Shown in pieces: positions 1 to 13,344 of a DNA stretch of 64,000 nt. Within the stretch, counting starts at the first letter, position 1; each line of letters opens with the position of its first letter. Source of the DNA: Octopus vulgaris (taxonomy: Eukaryota); assembly GCA_951406725.2 (NCBI GenBank), contig OX597815.1, positions 111,600,001 to 111,664,000 on the forward strand, in the 5' to 3' direction. Below the pieces are notes generated by a model. The model did no database searches. It had not been told where the DNA came from and worked only from the letters and a program-made list of their open reading frames with translations. The translations under genes and the position numbers were made by a program.

Positions 1-177
1 GCTGTATCGACCTTTGTCTTTCCCTTGGATAACACTGGTGGCGTGGAGAGGGGAGGCTGGTATGCATGGGCGACTGCTGGCCTTCCATAAAAACAACCTT
101 GCCCAGACTTGTGTCTAGGAGGGTAACTTTCTAGGTGCAATCCCATGGTCATTCATGACCGAAGGGGGTCTTTACCC

Positions 178-267
<90 letters not shown>
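178..267. repeat. (TTA)n microsatellite
   Basis: Pure TTA run; explains the poly-Leu ORF 155..346. Confidence 0.97.
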
Positions 268-268
<1 letters not shown>

Positions 269-342
269 GCCGCACTGCTTGGAATCAAACTCGGAATCTT
301 TGGGTTAGTAGCCCGTGCTCTTAACCACTACGTCATATGCCC
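268..342 (-). mobile_element. tRNA-derived SINE head or tRNA pseudogene ending in an (AAT)n tail
   Basis: Minus strand reads gggcataTGACGTAGTGGttaagagcacggg-ctactaa-cccaaagattccGAGTTTGATTCCaagc. It has A-box-like and B-box-like motifs and a 7-nt anticodon-like loop, followed directly by (AAT)n. Confidence 0.6.
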
Positions 343-500
343 GTAGGCAATTATGGAGGGAATTTCCCCAAGACACGTGATGAAGGCTGGAGGGTATATC
401 AGCCGCAATGTTGTGTTAACAACAAACAAGATAAGGACAGATATACGTCAAATGTAAATAATGTAAATAATGTACATAATTCCTTATCCTTTAAATATAG

Positions 501-640
501 AACTGGTACGTATGTTATCGACCCCAAAAGAATGAATGGCAAAGTCGACCGCGACGGCCTTTGAACTCAGAATGTGAAGACGGTTGAAATTCAGAGAAGC
601 ATTCCGCCCAGCATGCTAACGATACTATCAGCTCGCCGCC
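501..640 (-). mobile_element. SINE family A copy
   Basis: Reverse complement matches the copies at 6435 and 54509 (ggcgagctg...gtcgactttgcc..tcat..ttt.ggggtcgataa...gtaccagtt). Confidence 0.8.
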
Positions 641-679
641 TTAATTTGAAACCAATGTCAGCGATATTTATAGGTATGG

Positions 680-860
680 AGCAGACGAAATGCTTAGCGG
701 CATTTCCTTCAACTTTATATTATGAGTACAAATTCCTGACTCGACTTTGCCTTTCATCCTATCGGGGTTGATAAAATAAGTACCAGTTGAACACTTGGGT
801 CTATGTAATCGATATCCTCCGACCTTGCAATTACTAGCCCTGTGTCAAAATTTGATACGA
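680..860 (+). mobile_element. SINE family A copy (diverged), head-to-head with the copy at 501-640
   Basis: gaaatgcttagcgg...tcgactttgcctttcatcctatcggggttgataaaataagtaccagtt. Confidence 0.8.
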
Positions 861-1231
861 ATATTAGCGATTGAAACATGCAAAATTGTTGCAAATTAGT
901 GTTCTGGTTGCTTTTATGAATTCGACTGCCTAATAATCGTTTGTAAAATAGGCACAAGCGGACAAATTTCAGAAGAGAATGTTATCCATTAAACTGACAC
1001 CGGTACATGATTAGCATAACGATTTGGAATGATGATCTCTAAAATATCATAATCTAAAGAGGGAAATGGGGAAACGATAATACCAATTACTGTACGTGAA
1101 TAGTATATTATTTTAACGACTCCAAGATATGCGGGAATTGTTGGAACTTTTAAAAAGTCTCAATGACTGAAACCGGTACTGAAATGATTTTATAAAATTA
1201 GTTTAGCATTTTTCAGATTGACTTTTTTTCC

Positions 1232-1259
1232 ATATATACATACATACATACATAACATA

Positions 1260-1337
<78 letters not shown>

Positions 1338-1466
1338 ATACATTATATTATATTATATATATATATATATTATATTATATCATATTATATATATATATAT
1401 ATTCATATAAGTATATATATATATATATATATGTATTGTATTATATTATATTATATTATATTATAT

Positions 1467-1505
<39 letters not shown>

Positions 1506-1604
1506 CACACATACATACATACATACATACATACATACATACATACATACATACATACATACATACATACATACATACATACATACATACATACATACAT
1601 ACAT
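1232..1604. repeat. Compound microsatellite (CA)n/(TA)n/(TATTA)n/(TACA)n
   Basis: Directly visible. Confidence 0.95.
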
Positions 1605-2223
1605 TGTTTTGAGAAGAAGATTGATTAGAAATTCTCTCACTGTATGGAGGTTTGGACCTAGAAGTATTCAAGTGTAACTTGAGACGAAAGATATAAATAT
1701 TTAATGTGAAGAAACAAAAGACCTGGTGATTCAATCCGCAAACATGACTCCGATTTGAGATGAATTTAGAGGAGAATTATACATAATAAATTAAATCTAT
1801 ATGAATAAAATCTGTAAGTAAATAAATATATCAAAATATATATATGCTTAAACTAATATATTTTAAAGAGTATCTTTATACAGACATAAAAACGTTAAAA
1901 CATGCGTGTATATGTAATATATTGCAGAAAGTCTGAAGTGGTGATGGGATCGAACTAAAAGATGCAATGAGGAGCGAAGTTAAAATTAAAGTAGGGTACC
2001 ACCGGTAGTTTCTGGAGGTTCCTTACATTTCAAGCAATGAATCCCAACATACGGCCGTTGGTACTCTAACTAAGTTTACTATCCCGAATTTTAAATTCGC
2101 TCTTCATTGTATCCTTTACTTCGTTTCCATCACCACTGCAGACTTTTTGTAATCATTTACGTAAGCGGGGTGCTGGCTGGAACGTTAGCATACCGGGTGA
2201 AATGCTTACCAGTATTGTATAGA

Positions 2224-2604
<381 letters not shown>

Positions 2605-2745
2605 ACTGACAAGAATTCCAACTTTGATTTTCATGTTTTATTTACAATCTTATGTTAATATAATATACGGTAACGATAGAATGTTATGTATTCAGAAATA
2701 TTAAATTTCTAAATATCTCATAGAGATATGTACGGTGGTGGGGCG

Positions 2746-3242
2746 ATATAATGGTTGTATACTGTCAACTTAACGTGAAAGTAGGGGATTACACCACCGC
2801 TGTTTAGCCCTAGGAAGCATCGACACTTCCTGTTGGCTTTGACACACTTATGTGTCCTTATATATTTACGAAGAGGAGACAAATACCACCAACAGCTACG
2901 CCTGTATCTAGAGACACGCATGTTTCAGGGTCCTTGCCCTTCATCGGTATAGAGTTGCATTAGCCTGCTACCTGCGAGTATTTGTCTCGATTTCCTAAAT
3001 ATATATATCTAATTTTCAGTGAAGTTTATTCACTGATTACCGATGAAGGACAAGGACCCTGAAACATGCGTGTCTCTAGATGCAGGCCTAGCTGTTGGGG
3101 GTATTTGTCTCCCCTTTGTAAATATATAAGGACACAGTAAGTGTGTCGAAGCCAACAGGAAGCGTCGATGCTTCCTAGGGCTAAACAGTGGTGTTGTAAT
3201 CCCCTACTGTCACGTTAAGTTGACAGTATACAACCGTTATAT
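2746..3242. repeat. Inverted repeat (arms ~2746-2949 and ~3038-3242), each arm carrying a hammerhead-like motif
   Basis: Arms are reverse complements with scattered mismatches; spacer about 88 bp. Confidence 0.9.
2908..2952 (-). ncRNA. Type I hammerhead-like motif, CCGAUGA (U4C) core
   Basis: Minus strand: ctata CCGATGA aggg-caagga-ccct GAAA catgcgtg TC tctag. The mirror copy on + is at ~3038-3079. Confidence 0.65.
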
Positions 3243-3320
3243 ATTCATTCTGTTTAAACTAGTACATTCATGCCTTAAACCATAAACTGTGCAGTCTTTA
3301 GGTTCATATAGTAGTATAGT

Positions 3321-5308
3321 AGGAGTGGTAAGTAGCTTGCTTACACGCATGCGCTGTTGTTAGTGTTGTTCTTAGCACTAAGGAAGTTGCACGCTCTTTT
3401 GTAGCTGCGAATTATTTACAAAAAGAGCTCAACTGTAAGGTAAGGCTTTTATTTTTTGGGTCCAGTGGGGGTTTGTTGTTTGGTGTGTAATAATTTTTCC
3501 CAGACAAGGAGTCCTCAAAGTCCTCACCGGATTCTAGACATTTGTCTGCTTGCAGTTGAGCATTATTGTTCATTTAAGGGTAATTGTTTTGGTGGATTGT
3601 CTCAGCGCCAAAAAAGTTGTGAAATTCGTGGACTTTTACCAAACATTGCGGATTTTACCAAACCATTGGTACCAATTTTACCAAAAATTGGTACAATTCC
3701 ACGAATTGTACCAATTTGTGGAGCTCCGTTCCTGCCAGTGGATTACCCTAGGCCAGCAATGCTGTCGGTCGGAATTATGCTTTATTGAATTTTGCTGTGT
3801 TTTGAACTGTCTTCCTTCTTTCTGCTCTCCTCTTTTTTTGTTTTATCTTCGAAATGTTTAGAACTTGTGTTTAACTTTTTTTGCTCTCAAACATGGCAAA
3901 GGAAAGTTATAAGTGTTGGAGTGGGAAATTCTCCCACCCAAACAGTGGATAAAAAGTCTTGAGGAGAGGACGGTGGGGCTGCGTACGTACTCCAATTCGC
4001 TCGACACCATCGCCCTCATTAAAAAGATTGATAGAGAGAGAGTGTTGACGGAATACATGCCAACTTTAAAATTTATTTCCAGGGTTGTCAAATATGCGAC
4101 GGTGTGGTTGCTATTTAAAACCTATGAAGAGGGGTGTCAAATAGCAACCACACTGGGTTACCACCTGGGATAGAACCCGAGTGGATAGAAGACACTATCC
4201 GCCGGGGTCTGGGTGGCAGCGGAACCAAGCTTCTCAAGGTAAAAATGTTGTCTGCGGCTGATTGGATGGGGTCAAATGCGGTTTTGACCCTGTAGACCCA
4301 ATCAGCCAAGAATCTGGTGTTTCCAGATTTTCTTAAAATGGCCAGTTCTAGGATCGGATGATGCTTGAGGGACGCCCCCCAAGTGTCACCCGTGTCTGGA
4401 ATGAGGCCACATTAAAAACACTGTCCCCAGGACCCAAGTAAGTTTCTGGGACAGCTAGTGATGGAAGAACCTCCACCTGCTTTTTCGGAGGGTGGGATGG
4501 AGGCAGTGAAGACCCCGCTGAAAAAAAAGCGAAAAAATGAAAGAAGGTGGGCAACAATGGTCATCTACCGAAGGAGCCCAAGGCTGCGGGAGGGAGATAT
4601 CTTTCGGTCAAAACGGAGGAACTACACCCTCCCGTTGCAAAGGGGAGAAAAAAGAAGAAAAACGGGACAGTGCCAGCGGTCAATATACTGCTGGCATGTA
4701 CCGAAGCCCCGTCGGTTTACATTTGTGCCACCGATGGTGGACGTTGTGCCGTCGACCCAATGGAGGAAGAATATTTGGCCTTCTCTCGAAGGAGAGAGGC
4801 GGTGAGAAAGTTTACTAAATGTTTACCAGGTGAGGAGACATAACCTGTATTAAAGATCCTGGATGGTCTCCGTAGGTAGCTGTGGAGGTCATCTCAGACG
4901 GATCTTTTTAAGGTAATGGACTCCTTCCCAGAAGATGTATACCGGTTCTGAATAAGGCACCCTGACTTGGCACTATCGGAATGCTTGAGTGACGCTTTGA
5001 GCCTGACCGGGTGCCGGGCTGGTGGCACATTGTATAATCAGTAAATGTAAGAGGCCTAGTGGCTCATTTTTAAGGATAAGTGGCTTAGTGCCTCATTGTA
5101 AGGACCTTCAGTTCAAACGGAACTTTGTTTATTACCTCAAATTGCATGTTTTCTAAAGGAACAATGTTTTAGAGAAGCAGATATCGGCGGGCGCTTTCTG
5201 CCTTCGCACACTAGTACCATATATTTCATCGTTCATCTCATTAATGTTATTATCCAGCCCGCAGCTACTTCTATGTAATGCTTTGCTGGCAAATTGAATG
5301 AAATAAAG
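3321..5308 (+). mobile_element. Non-autonomous L1/Tx1-like element with degenerate ORF1 only
   Basis: Peptide 3913..4173 resembles the start of the Tx1 ORF1 at 46.3-46.6 kb. No APE or RT motifs seen. AATAAA at 5302; candidate TSD tatagtagtata at 3307-3318 and 5309-5320. Confidence 0.55.
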
Positions 5309-5336
5309 TATAGTAGTATACATAGTAGTATAGTGC

Positions 5337-5410
<74 letters not shown>

Positions 5411-5544
5411 ATGCATGTATGTATGCATGCATATATGTATGTATGTATGTATGTATGTAAGACGTTCTGCAGGGTGGCCACAAAATCACGCACCATGAGA
5501 CCTATTAAGTATGCTTTATTAGCAATGAAGTAGGTAATCCATTA

Positions 5545-6090
5545 CAAAGGTTCAAATTGTTGGTCATGTAGCTCCAGAAAAAAGTCCACGGGAGTTAAAC
5601 CTGGTGACAGTGGTGCCCAGTCTACTGGCCAACTACGCCCGATCTATCACCCTGGAATATGATCATTCAGAAAATCTCGAACCTGCAATGCATAATGAGG
5701 CGGAAGATATTACTTGTATTGTCAATAATTATTCAAGAATATCTGCTAGATATTACCTTCCCTTGAGATATGGCATTGTCGCTAAGACGGTCTACAATAC
5801 TCTACGCTGGAAAGATTTTCGTGATAGTCTTACCATAAGGTCACCAGAAAGAGAAAGTACCTACACCTTTAAAAATAAAAGAAATTCTGGTTTAATTAGA
5901 ATAAAACCTTTAACCAGGGGCATCTACAACAGGCCAGACATAGTTATATACAACATGGAGCAAAATTTGTACACCGTTGTATAGATCAACTACCCAAAGG
6001 AAGTGAATGTTTTTCAAAAGCTGGAGAGAAGGAAGGATAACATACACGGAGAATTAACGAGAAATATACAACACTATTATTGAGGGGATT
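5545..6090 (+). pseudogene. 3' fragment of a REL-endonuclease non-LTR retrotransposon
   Basis: ORF 5604..5984 contains YYLPLRYGIVAKTVY...YNRPDIVIYN, a degenerate RH(D)...PD motif. Confidence 0.6.
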
Positions 6091-6434
6091 ATCTATTATC
6101 ATCGACGCAACAACAACGCTGGACAGAAACTTAGAAAAGCTCTTTCGCTTCTCAAAATAATGATCAAAGCAATTTGATTCGAATTCTCAGAATTGATGAG
6201 AGAATTTGAAAGTATGATAAGCATTTCGGAATATTCCATTTGATGTTCTTCTATGAACATGCATAAACAATCACATATACATAAGAAATGTACATGCATA
6301 TGCACACATTATTAGTAATGAAACATATTTGTTCTATCGTGACACAAACACCCACGTGTACAGGTTTATCCACAAGACCACGCATAAGCATAAGAGTGCA
6401 TACGCATACGCTCATACCAACAAATATATATATA

Positions 6435-6660
6435 CGAGCTGGCAGAAACGTTAGTGAGCCGGGCGAAATGCTTAGCCGTATTTCGTCTGCCGTTACGTTC
6501 TGAGTTCAAATTCGGCCGAGGTCGACTTTGCCTTTCATCCTCTCGGGGTCGATAAATAAAGTACCAGTTTCGCACTGGGTCGATGTAATCAACTTAATCC
6601 GTTTGTCCGTCCGTGTTTGTCCCCTCTATGTTTAGCCCCTTGTGGGTAGTAAAGAAATAT
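6435..6660 (+). mobile_element. SINE family A copy
   Basis: gagctggcagaaacgttag...gagttcaaattcggccgaggtcgactttgcctttcatcc; homologous to other copies in the window. Confidence 0.88.
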
Positions 6661-6980
6661 ATATATACATATATGATTGAGAATATGCCTTTAGATGGCT
6701 CCTTCTGGAATCTGTGCAAACATTTTGTACTGGTTTACGCTGAGTGGTACTTCAATTCTCTTATATGGATGCATACATTGGAGAATGAATGAAGGTAGCA
6801 TCAAGTAATTTTAGACACTTCACTGAGACTCAATTAAAATCGTTTTGCTCTGTAAGGAATAAGTTATGAATAACCAAACTTATTAATTTGATACAGTTAG
6901 TCAGCATTATACCTGAAGTTGTACGTCTCCAGTTGATAAAAGTTTGTTGTGATTCAAAAACATTACACACACACACACAC

Positions 6981-7043
<63 letters not shown>

Positions 7044-7398
7044 CACACAAAAGTGTTTGTATTTATGTATACATATAAGTGTGTGCTAAGAAAGTGGAGA
7101 AAATTGAATAACGTTATCTTTAGGAAGTTCGCAAAATTGCATCAGCAGAGATCGAATAAAAGTAAATGAAGCAATATATGTAGATGCACTATTATAAAAA
7201 GCAAGCTTCACGACCACATGGCTTTGGGTTCAGTTCCGCGTCGTAGCACACTGGACGAGTCTCTACGTGTCTATTAATGTAGACACATACACAGACGCAC
7301 ACACACAAACACACACACACACACCAAAATTAAGTAGATTGACAAGTTTATTTTTGAACCTGTGGAAAACATGAGATGTCGAAATATTATTTTTATTT

Positions 7399-7465
<67 letters not shown>

Positions 7466-7466
<1 letters not shown>

Positions 7467-10400
7467 TTAAAATAAGATATGGTTCGTTGTCTTCTGCTGA
7501 ACCGGAATCATCCCTTAACCCTAAGGTTAGAGCAGGTCCTCATCTCATGGAGAGTAAATAGCGTAAAATGTGTGCGGAAGCTAGCAACACCATTTTCTGA
7601 AGTTCTCCCACGTTAATACTGCAAGGGAGTTTGTTGAGCTGCTTATCAAGGCCCTTATTAATTAGCCCTAACGCTCCAATCACCACTGGTGCTGTGCTAC
7701 TTTTCATTCCCCACATCTTGGTCACTTCAATTTCTAGGTCTTTGTATTTAAACAACTTCTCAACTTCTTTAATGGAAACATTTCTCTCTGATGGTACTGT
7801 CACATCTATCATTAAGCTTTTCTTATTCTTCTTATCTTTGATGATTATGTCTGGCTTGTTTGCTTTGATTTCTTTATCGGTGTTGATTGGCATGTCTCAG
7901 AGTACTGTTACATCATCTTTTCAAGTCACAGTTTGCTGATACCATCTTTCTGAAGTTGGAAGATAGTAGTGTTTACATATCTTCCAATGGATATATTGCG
8001 CTACTTTATCGTATCTATGAATATATTAGGTTTGTCTCGTTTTTCTACGTCTGATTTGTTCACTCTACATGGGTATCGGCCCTGCATCAGTTTTTCTAGC
8101 CATTCTTCTGGGCTTGTTTTTTCATCTCTTCCTTAACTCTTTTAGCAAATTGGGTTACTTTCCCACTCGCCCTGATCCTCGGTTCCCCCATCATCAGTTG
8201 TTTCGTAAACTGTACAGATTCTTTATGTACCGAGTATAGCTTCTTTTCTTTATCATGCTGGTGCACAAGCTTCATTATGGGGTCTTTTGAAACTCAAGGT
8301 ATGTATTTAATCCTACAGTGGTGGTTTTATAAGATAATTCTCATTGAGTTAGCCCTCTTCCTCCCATGCTTCTAGGTAAATAAACCATGTTCACGTCCGC
8401 TTTTGGGTGGTTCTTTCGAGCCCTGGTTAGTAGTTTGGTCTTGGAGTCTAGCTTGTATATCTCACTCATTTGCCAGTTGATTATGTTGAAACTGTAAGCT
8501 ACGATTGGTACTGTAAGAGTGTTAACAGCTTCTATTTTGTTTGCAGCGTTGAGTTCAGTCTTTGTTACTAACCGTACTCTCCTGTAGTACTCTTTTCTAA
8601 TCTTCTCTTTCATTGCTGAATGTTTTATGCCGTTACTTTCGTCTTTGCCAAAGTATTTATATGCTTCTTCATGGTCCAGTGCTCGGATTCTTGCTTCTGT
8701 ATCTACGTGGATATCCGCAGAACATGTCAGTTTGCCTCTTATGAAATTGGCTTTCGCGTATTTCTCCAGTCCAAACTACATCATGGTATCACCACTGAAC
8801 TTTTTAACCGTAGCAAGTAGAACTTCTTGTTGTTCATCATTTTTTGAGTACATTTTCAGATCATCTATGTAGAACATATTACCCCCTTTGTACTTATTGA
8901 TATTATATACATACCCGGTTTTGTTGAGCATGGTACTAAATGGTGCTAATGCCAAGCATAATATTAAGGGTGACAGTGAGTCCCCTCTGGAAATACAACT
9001 TTTGATTTTGATTGGTCTGCTTGTTATTGATCCACTGGAATGGTTCAGCGTCAACGTAGTTCCCCATGTATTCATGCTGTGTTTCATATACTTCATGAGA
9101 GTTGGGGATACTTTGTATACTTCTATCACTTTCAGAATCGATGAATGAGGTACACTATCGAACGACTTTTTATAGTCGATCCATGATGTGCTCAGGTTCG
9201 ATTTCCTGGTTTTGCAGTCTTCAGAAATCCTTTTGTTTATCAGCAATTGGTCCTTGCATCCGTAGCTCCCTCTTCGACAGCCTTTTTGTTCTGGTAGTAG
9301 TAGGTTGTTTTCTTCTAGGAATGTGTATGTTCTTTCAGTGATTACAGATATTAATATTTTACACATTGTTGGTAGACAGTGATTGGTCTATAGTTCTATG
9401 CGTTGTCTGTGTCATTTGTTTTTGGTACAGGTATGTCACTCCCTGTGTCAACCAGTCTGGGCTATTTTCCGGGTGTTTCATGACTTCGTTATATGCTGAT
9501 GACATATCTCCATGTATATCAAGTAGCTGCTTGATCCAGAAGTTCCTGTACTTCTTTATTTTTCAGGAGTGTTTATTTTTCCTTAAACCATTCTGCGTCT
9601 TCATTATGTTGTTTTTCATTATCCCATATCATACTTCAGACATTTTCCATATCCTCTTTTTTTGGCGGTTGCTCAACATTTATTTGTCGTTTACCGAGTT
9701 CCCTGTAAAATTTTCTTTCCATTTTCTTTAAATAATTTATTTCGTCTAAATTGCTTGCTTCTCTTTATATATCGTGACAGTCGTTGTGCTTTTGCTTGGA
9801 TTTTTTGCTTTAGGTTTATTTTTGCTTCAGGTATTTCATTTTTTTTGTTTGATCCAATGCTTCTTGCATATTTTCTTGGCTTTTCTTTGGTTGACCTGGT
9901 TTCCGTTTCTTATTTCGGTCAGTATTGATAGATCACCTCTCATGCATTGTATATCCTTTTCTAAGCTTTCTTTCCATTTTGATTGTCTTTCATTCTGAGG
10001 AGCAGTTTTCTTTTTTAGTTTTATGCCTTTTGCTTCAGTAATATCTGCAGCTGTAGCATATGCTAGTTGGCGTAGTGTGTTATATTTAATGGTTCTATTG
10101 ATGTTGATTTTATCTCTTCTATTACATTATTTTAATCAACTCCTTCAAGTTCTTATCCATACTGACATTTGGTGGGGTCCCTCTGTCTGTGGTGTCTTGT
10201 GATTTTACCTGTTCCGCATTTTCTCTGTATTTCTTCTTTTAGTTCGAAATATTTCTCCATATCCATGTCACTGTTTCGTGTACAGGTTCTTCTATCTCAT
10301 TACTCACAGAGGGATCCTCAAATAATCTTCTTCTTCGTTTTCTGTAGTCCGTATTTCGATTTCATTTTTATTTGGTGTTATACGGTGAGATCTGTTGACT

Positions 10401-11237
10401 TTTTTTCTTCTTCCAGCTCAGTGTCTGTGAGCCTCCTAATTTTAATGATATATCTTCGGACATTCCCTAACTTGTTGGGATGCATATTTAACCTTGAAGC
10501 TGGATTTTGTTTGTCTCCATAACTGATAAGTCCATTTAATCGTGTTATCTTCTGATGGTGTGACTACCGCCGTGTAGTATGCTTCCATTACTAGTTTATA
10601 CTCTTCCTGATTCCATTTAGTTCTAGGGTTTTTGCGTGTAGTATGGCTTGCATCGTTGGGGCCCAGGTTGAAGTATTCCTCGGTTAAGTAGCCCACAGTT
10701 GCCCGGGAGTGGGTAGAGTTCGAAATAACAACCAACTTTTCGCTCCCAATCTGACTCCTCACTAGGCGGCTCGCTCCTTGTTGACTCGCGTGACGAGCGA
10801 TGCGGTATGGGTTGTTTTTATTGACTTTATACATTATTGTTTAACTACTGGGTATATTCGTGGTGATTGGCCACATACTCCTTGAGTACCTGAGTGTAAC
10901 CTATGTGTATCACACACATTGCTGGTTCCGCCTTCAAGGCCGTTGTCCATCTGACTCTATGGGTCATCCGCCCTCTCCGCGCTCACAGACTTCATGCACT
11001 TAAGGGAAGTTATATATTCTATCACAACAGCACTCTAACTGCCGCTGCCCCTCACTTAGTTTAGCACGAGTGTCGAGTGGAGATCTCAGGACATGACCGC
11101 CGGCGTACAGAACAGGCTACTCGAGTCATAAGTGAGGGTTGAGGTTTTTATTGTGAACTAGTGATCATCATACATGCTATTGGCATGCGACAGATGGTGA
11201 ACACAAGTGCTATCCCTAACAAATACCCCATATGCCC
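7466..11237 (-). mobile_element. Near full-length, frameshifted R4/Dong-type non-LTR retrotransposon (RT + REL endonuclease) between (TAA)n tracts
   Basis: N-terminal RTKWNQEEYKLVMEAYY (10442..10834); RT motifs EQKGCRRGSYGCKDQLL, DYKKSFDSVPH, GDSLSPL, FYIDD (8776..9366); REL ANKPDIIIKD...IDVTVP...KYKDLEIE (7540..7893); (TTA)n at 7401-7465 and 11238-11311. Confidence 0.92.
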
Positions 11238-11238
11238 C

Positions 11239-11311
<73 letters not shown>

Positions 11312-11313
<2 letters not shown>

Positions 11314-12351
11314 GCTTGACTTTTGCTTTATATTGGTACAAGTTGGCTCCCAGTCTCACCCGGAGATCTCAAGAGACAACAGGTTGGAAGTTCACGTTGT
11401 TGTTATGCCTAGTGTGCCATATATTTGGTTGTTTTTTGTGTTGTACTGGTGGATGTCTAAAAAAAAGTTTGTTTTAAACCTTGAGATTACATAGAAAGTA
11501 TTTTGCGTGGGATATGAGTAGTTCCCATGAGCACTATCTTTTGAATTTCTGCCATTTTTGGGTTTCCTGGTATCTGAGTTAGGTAGCTATCAGCCCCTTT
11601 TGCTATCATTCCCAGGGCACCTATGACAACAGGTATTGTTTTAGTCTTCAGGTTCCACAATTTGCTGATTGATTTCTATTTCAAGATCTTTATATTTGCT
11701 CAGTTTTTGGTAGGTCTTGACAGATACGTTTATATCGATTGGGACAGTCATATCAATGAGGAGGCATGTTCTTTGTCTGAAGTCTTTCAATATGATGTCT
11801 GGCCTATTTGCATCTATCTTTCTGTAAGTTTGAATGGTGAAGTTCCAGAGGAGTGAGATGTGGTCATTTTCAAGCACTGGGGGTGGTTTGTGTTCCCACC
11901 AGTTTTTTTCATGGGGCAAATCCAGGTTTTTGCAGATTACCCAGTGAATATATTGTGCAGCTCTATCGTGCCTGTTAAGATACTCTGTAGGCGCTAGAAG
12001 ACTGCACTTGGAGACCACATGATCAATGGTTTCATTTTGTTGCTGGCATACATGACACGTTGGACTGCTGCTCATCTTTAATATGTTGGCCTGGTAGTTT
12101 CTTGTTGGTAGGCATTGATCCTGAGCTGCTATGATAAACCCCTCTGTTTCAGATTTTAAGCCAGAGGCCATTAGCCATTGATGGGTCAGGGCTGTGTCAA
12201 CATCTGCAATATTCGTTCTCTTTGGGTATTTGCCATATAGAGGTTTTTCTTGCCATTTATCATTCAGAATACCTAAGGCCGCAGATTTAGCACGGGTTTT
12301 CATGCGCTTAGCTTTTTCTGTGCCTGTTTCTTGTATGTCTCTCTCTCTTTC

Positions 12352-12353
<2 letters not shown>
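11312..12353 (-). mobile_element. 5'-truncated R4/Dong-type LINE (Zn finger + REL)
   Basis: ORF 11641..12303: ETEGFIIAAQDQ, CHVC...ETIDHVVSKC, RHD, NRPDII..IDMTVP; flanked by (TTA)n on both sides. Confidence 0.92.
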
Positions 12354-12433
<80 letters not shown>

Positions 12434-12469
12434 ATTAAATCTTGTTACTATTATTATTATTACTATTAT

Positions 12470-13015
12470 ACCTTTGACCTTTGCTTTGACTTCAAGACTC
12501 ACCGAGAGACCTCAAGAGACAAGTTAGAATTTCATGCTGTTGTTATGCCTAGGATGTCATATATTTGGTTTGCACAGTATTGTTGTAGAGAATTGCAAGT
12601 TTGTTATAAAATTTGAGATTGCATACACAGTATTTTACGTGGGATATAGACACTTCCCATGCACACCATTGTTTGAATTTCTGTGATTTTGGGATTTCCT
12701 GGTATCTGAGCTAAACCCCTCTCATTATAATTCTTAGGGCACCTATGACAACAGGTATTGTTTTAGTCTTCAGGTTCCACATTATGCCAGTTTCTATTTC
12801 AAGATATTTGTACTTGTTCTGTTTTTGGTAAGTCTTGACAGATGCATTTGTGTCGATTGGGACAGTCATATCAATGAAGAGGCGTAATTTTTGTCTGAAG
12901 TCACTCAATATAATGGCTGGCCCATTGGTATCTATCTTTCTGTCAGTTTGAATGGTGAAGTTCCAGAGGAGTGAGATATGATCATTTACCAGCAGTGGAT
13001 GTGGTTTGTGTTCCC
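12470..13015 (-). mobile_element. Short 3' fragment of the same Dong subfamily
   Basis: ORF 12711..13076 and its 3' UTR are homologous to 11312-11900. Confidence 0.88.
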
Positions 13016-13143
13016 TCCAGTTTATATAAATATATATTGATTGCCATTCTTTTCTAATATATGTGTAAGACAACATTCTCTATATACCTTATATAGTATT
13101 TTCTTTATTAATAAATATATACCTAACTAGTATATATATATAT

Positions 13144-13344
13144 AACGGGAAAGTTTACGAAAATAAACAAAAGACGAAGGCAGGTGGAGTACAAACAAAC
13201 AAATGTATTAGTATAGCGCTCAGGAATAGAAATAGAAGAAGTCTTTTACGTTTCGAGCCTACGCTCTTCAACAGAAAGATACACAGAAAAGATACAAGGA
13301 GAGAAAAAAATGCGTGTAGGAGCTAACGATCTGTCATGGCGTCC
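13144..13344 (-). mobile_element. HHR-bearing dispersed repeat family H1 (Penelope pLTR-like), copy 1; HHR at 13242-13279
   Basis: Minus strand: tcttt CTGTTGA a gagc-gtag-gctc GAAA cg TA aaaga. Homologous copies at 16335, 36628, 39494 and 63046, all adjacent to microsatellites. Confidence 0.8.

Noticed and set aside
1145-1185. agtc-tcaat-gact GAAA ccgg TA half-hammerhead
   Set aside because: The CUGANGA-equivalent is corrupted and there is no stem I; at most a fossil.
10860-11237. Possible HDV-like ribozyme in the Dong 5' UTR
   Set aside because: Plausible for this class of element, but I could not assemble the nested double pseudoknot by eye.
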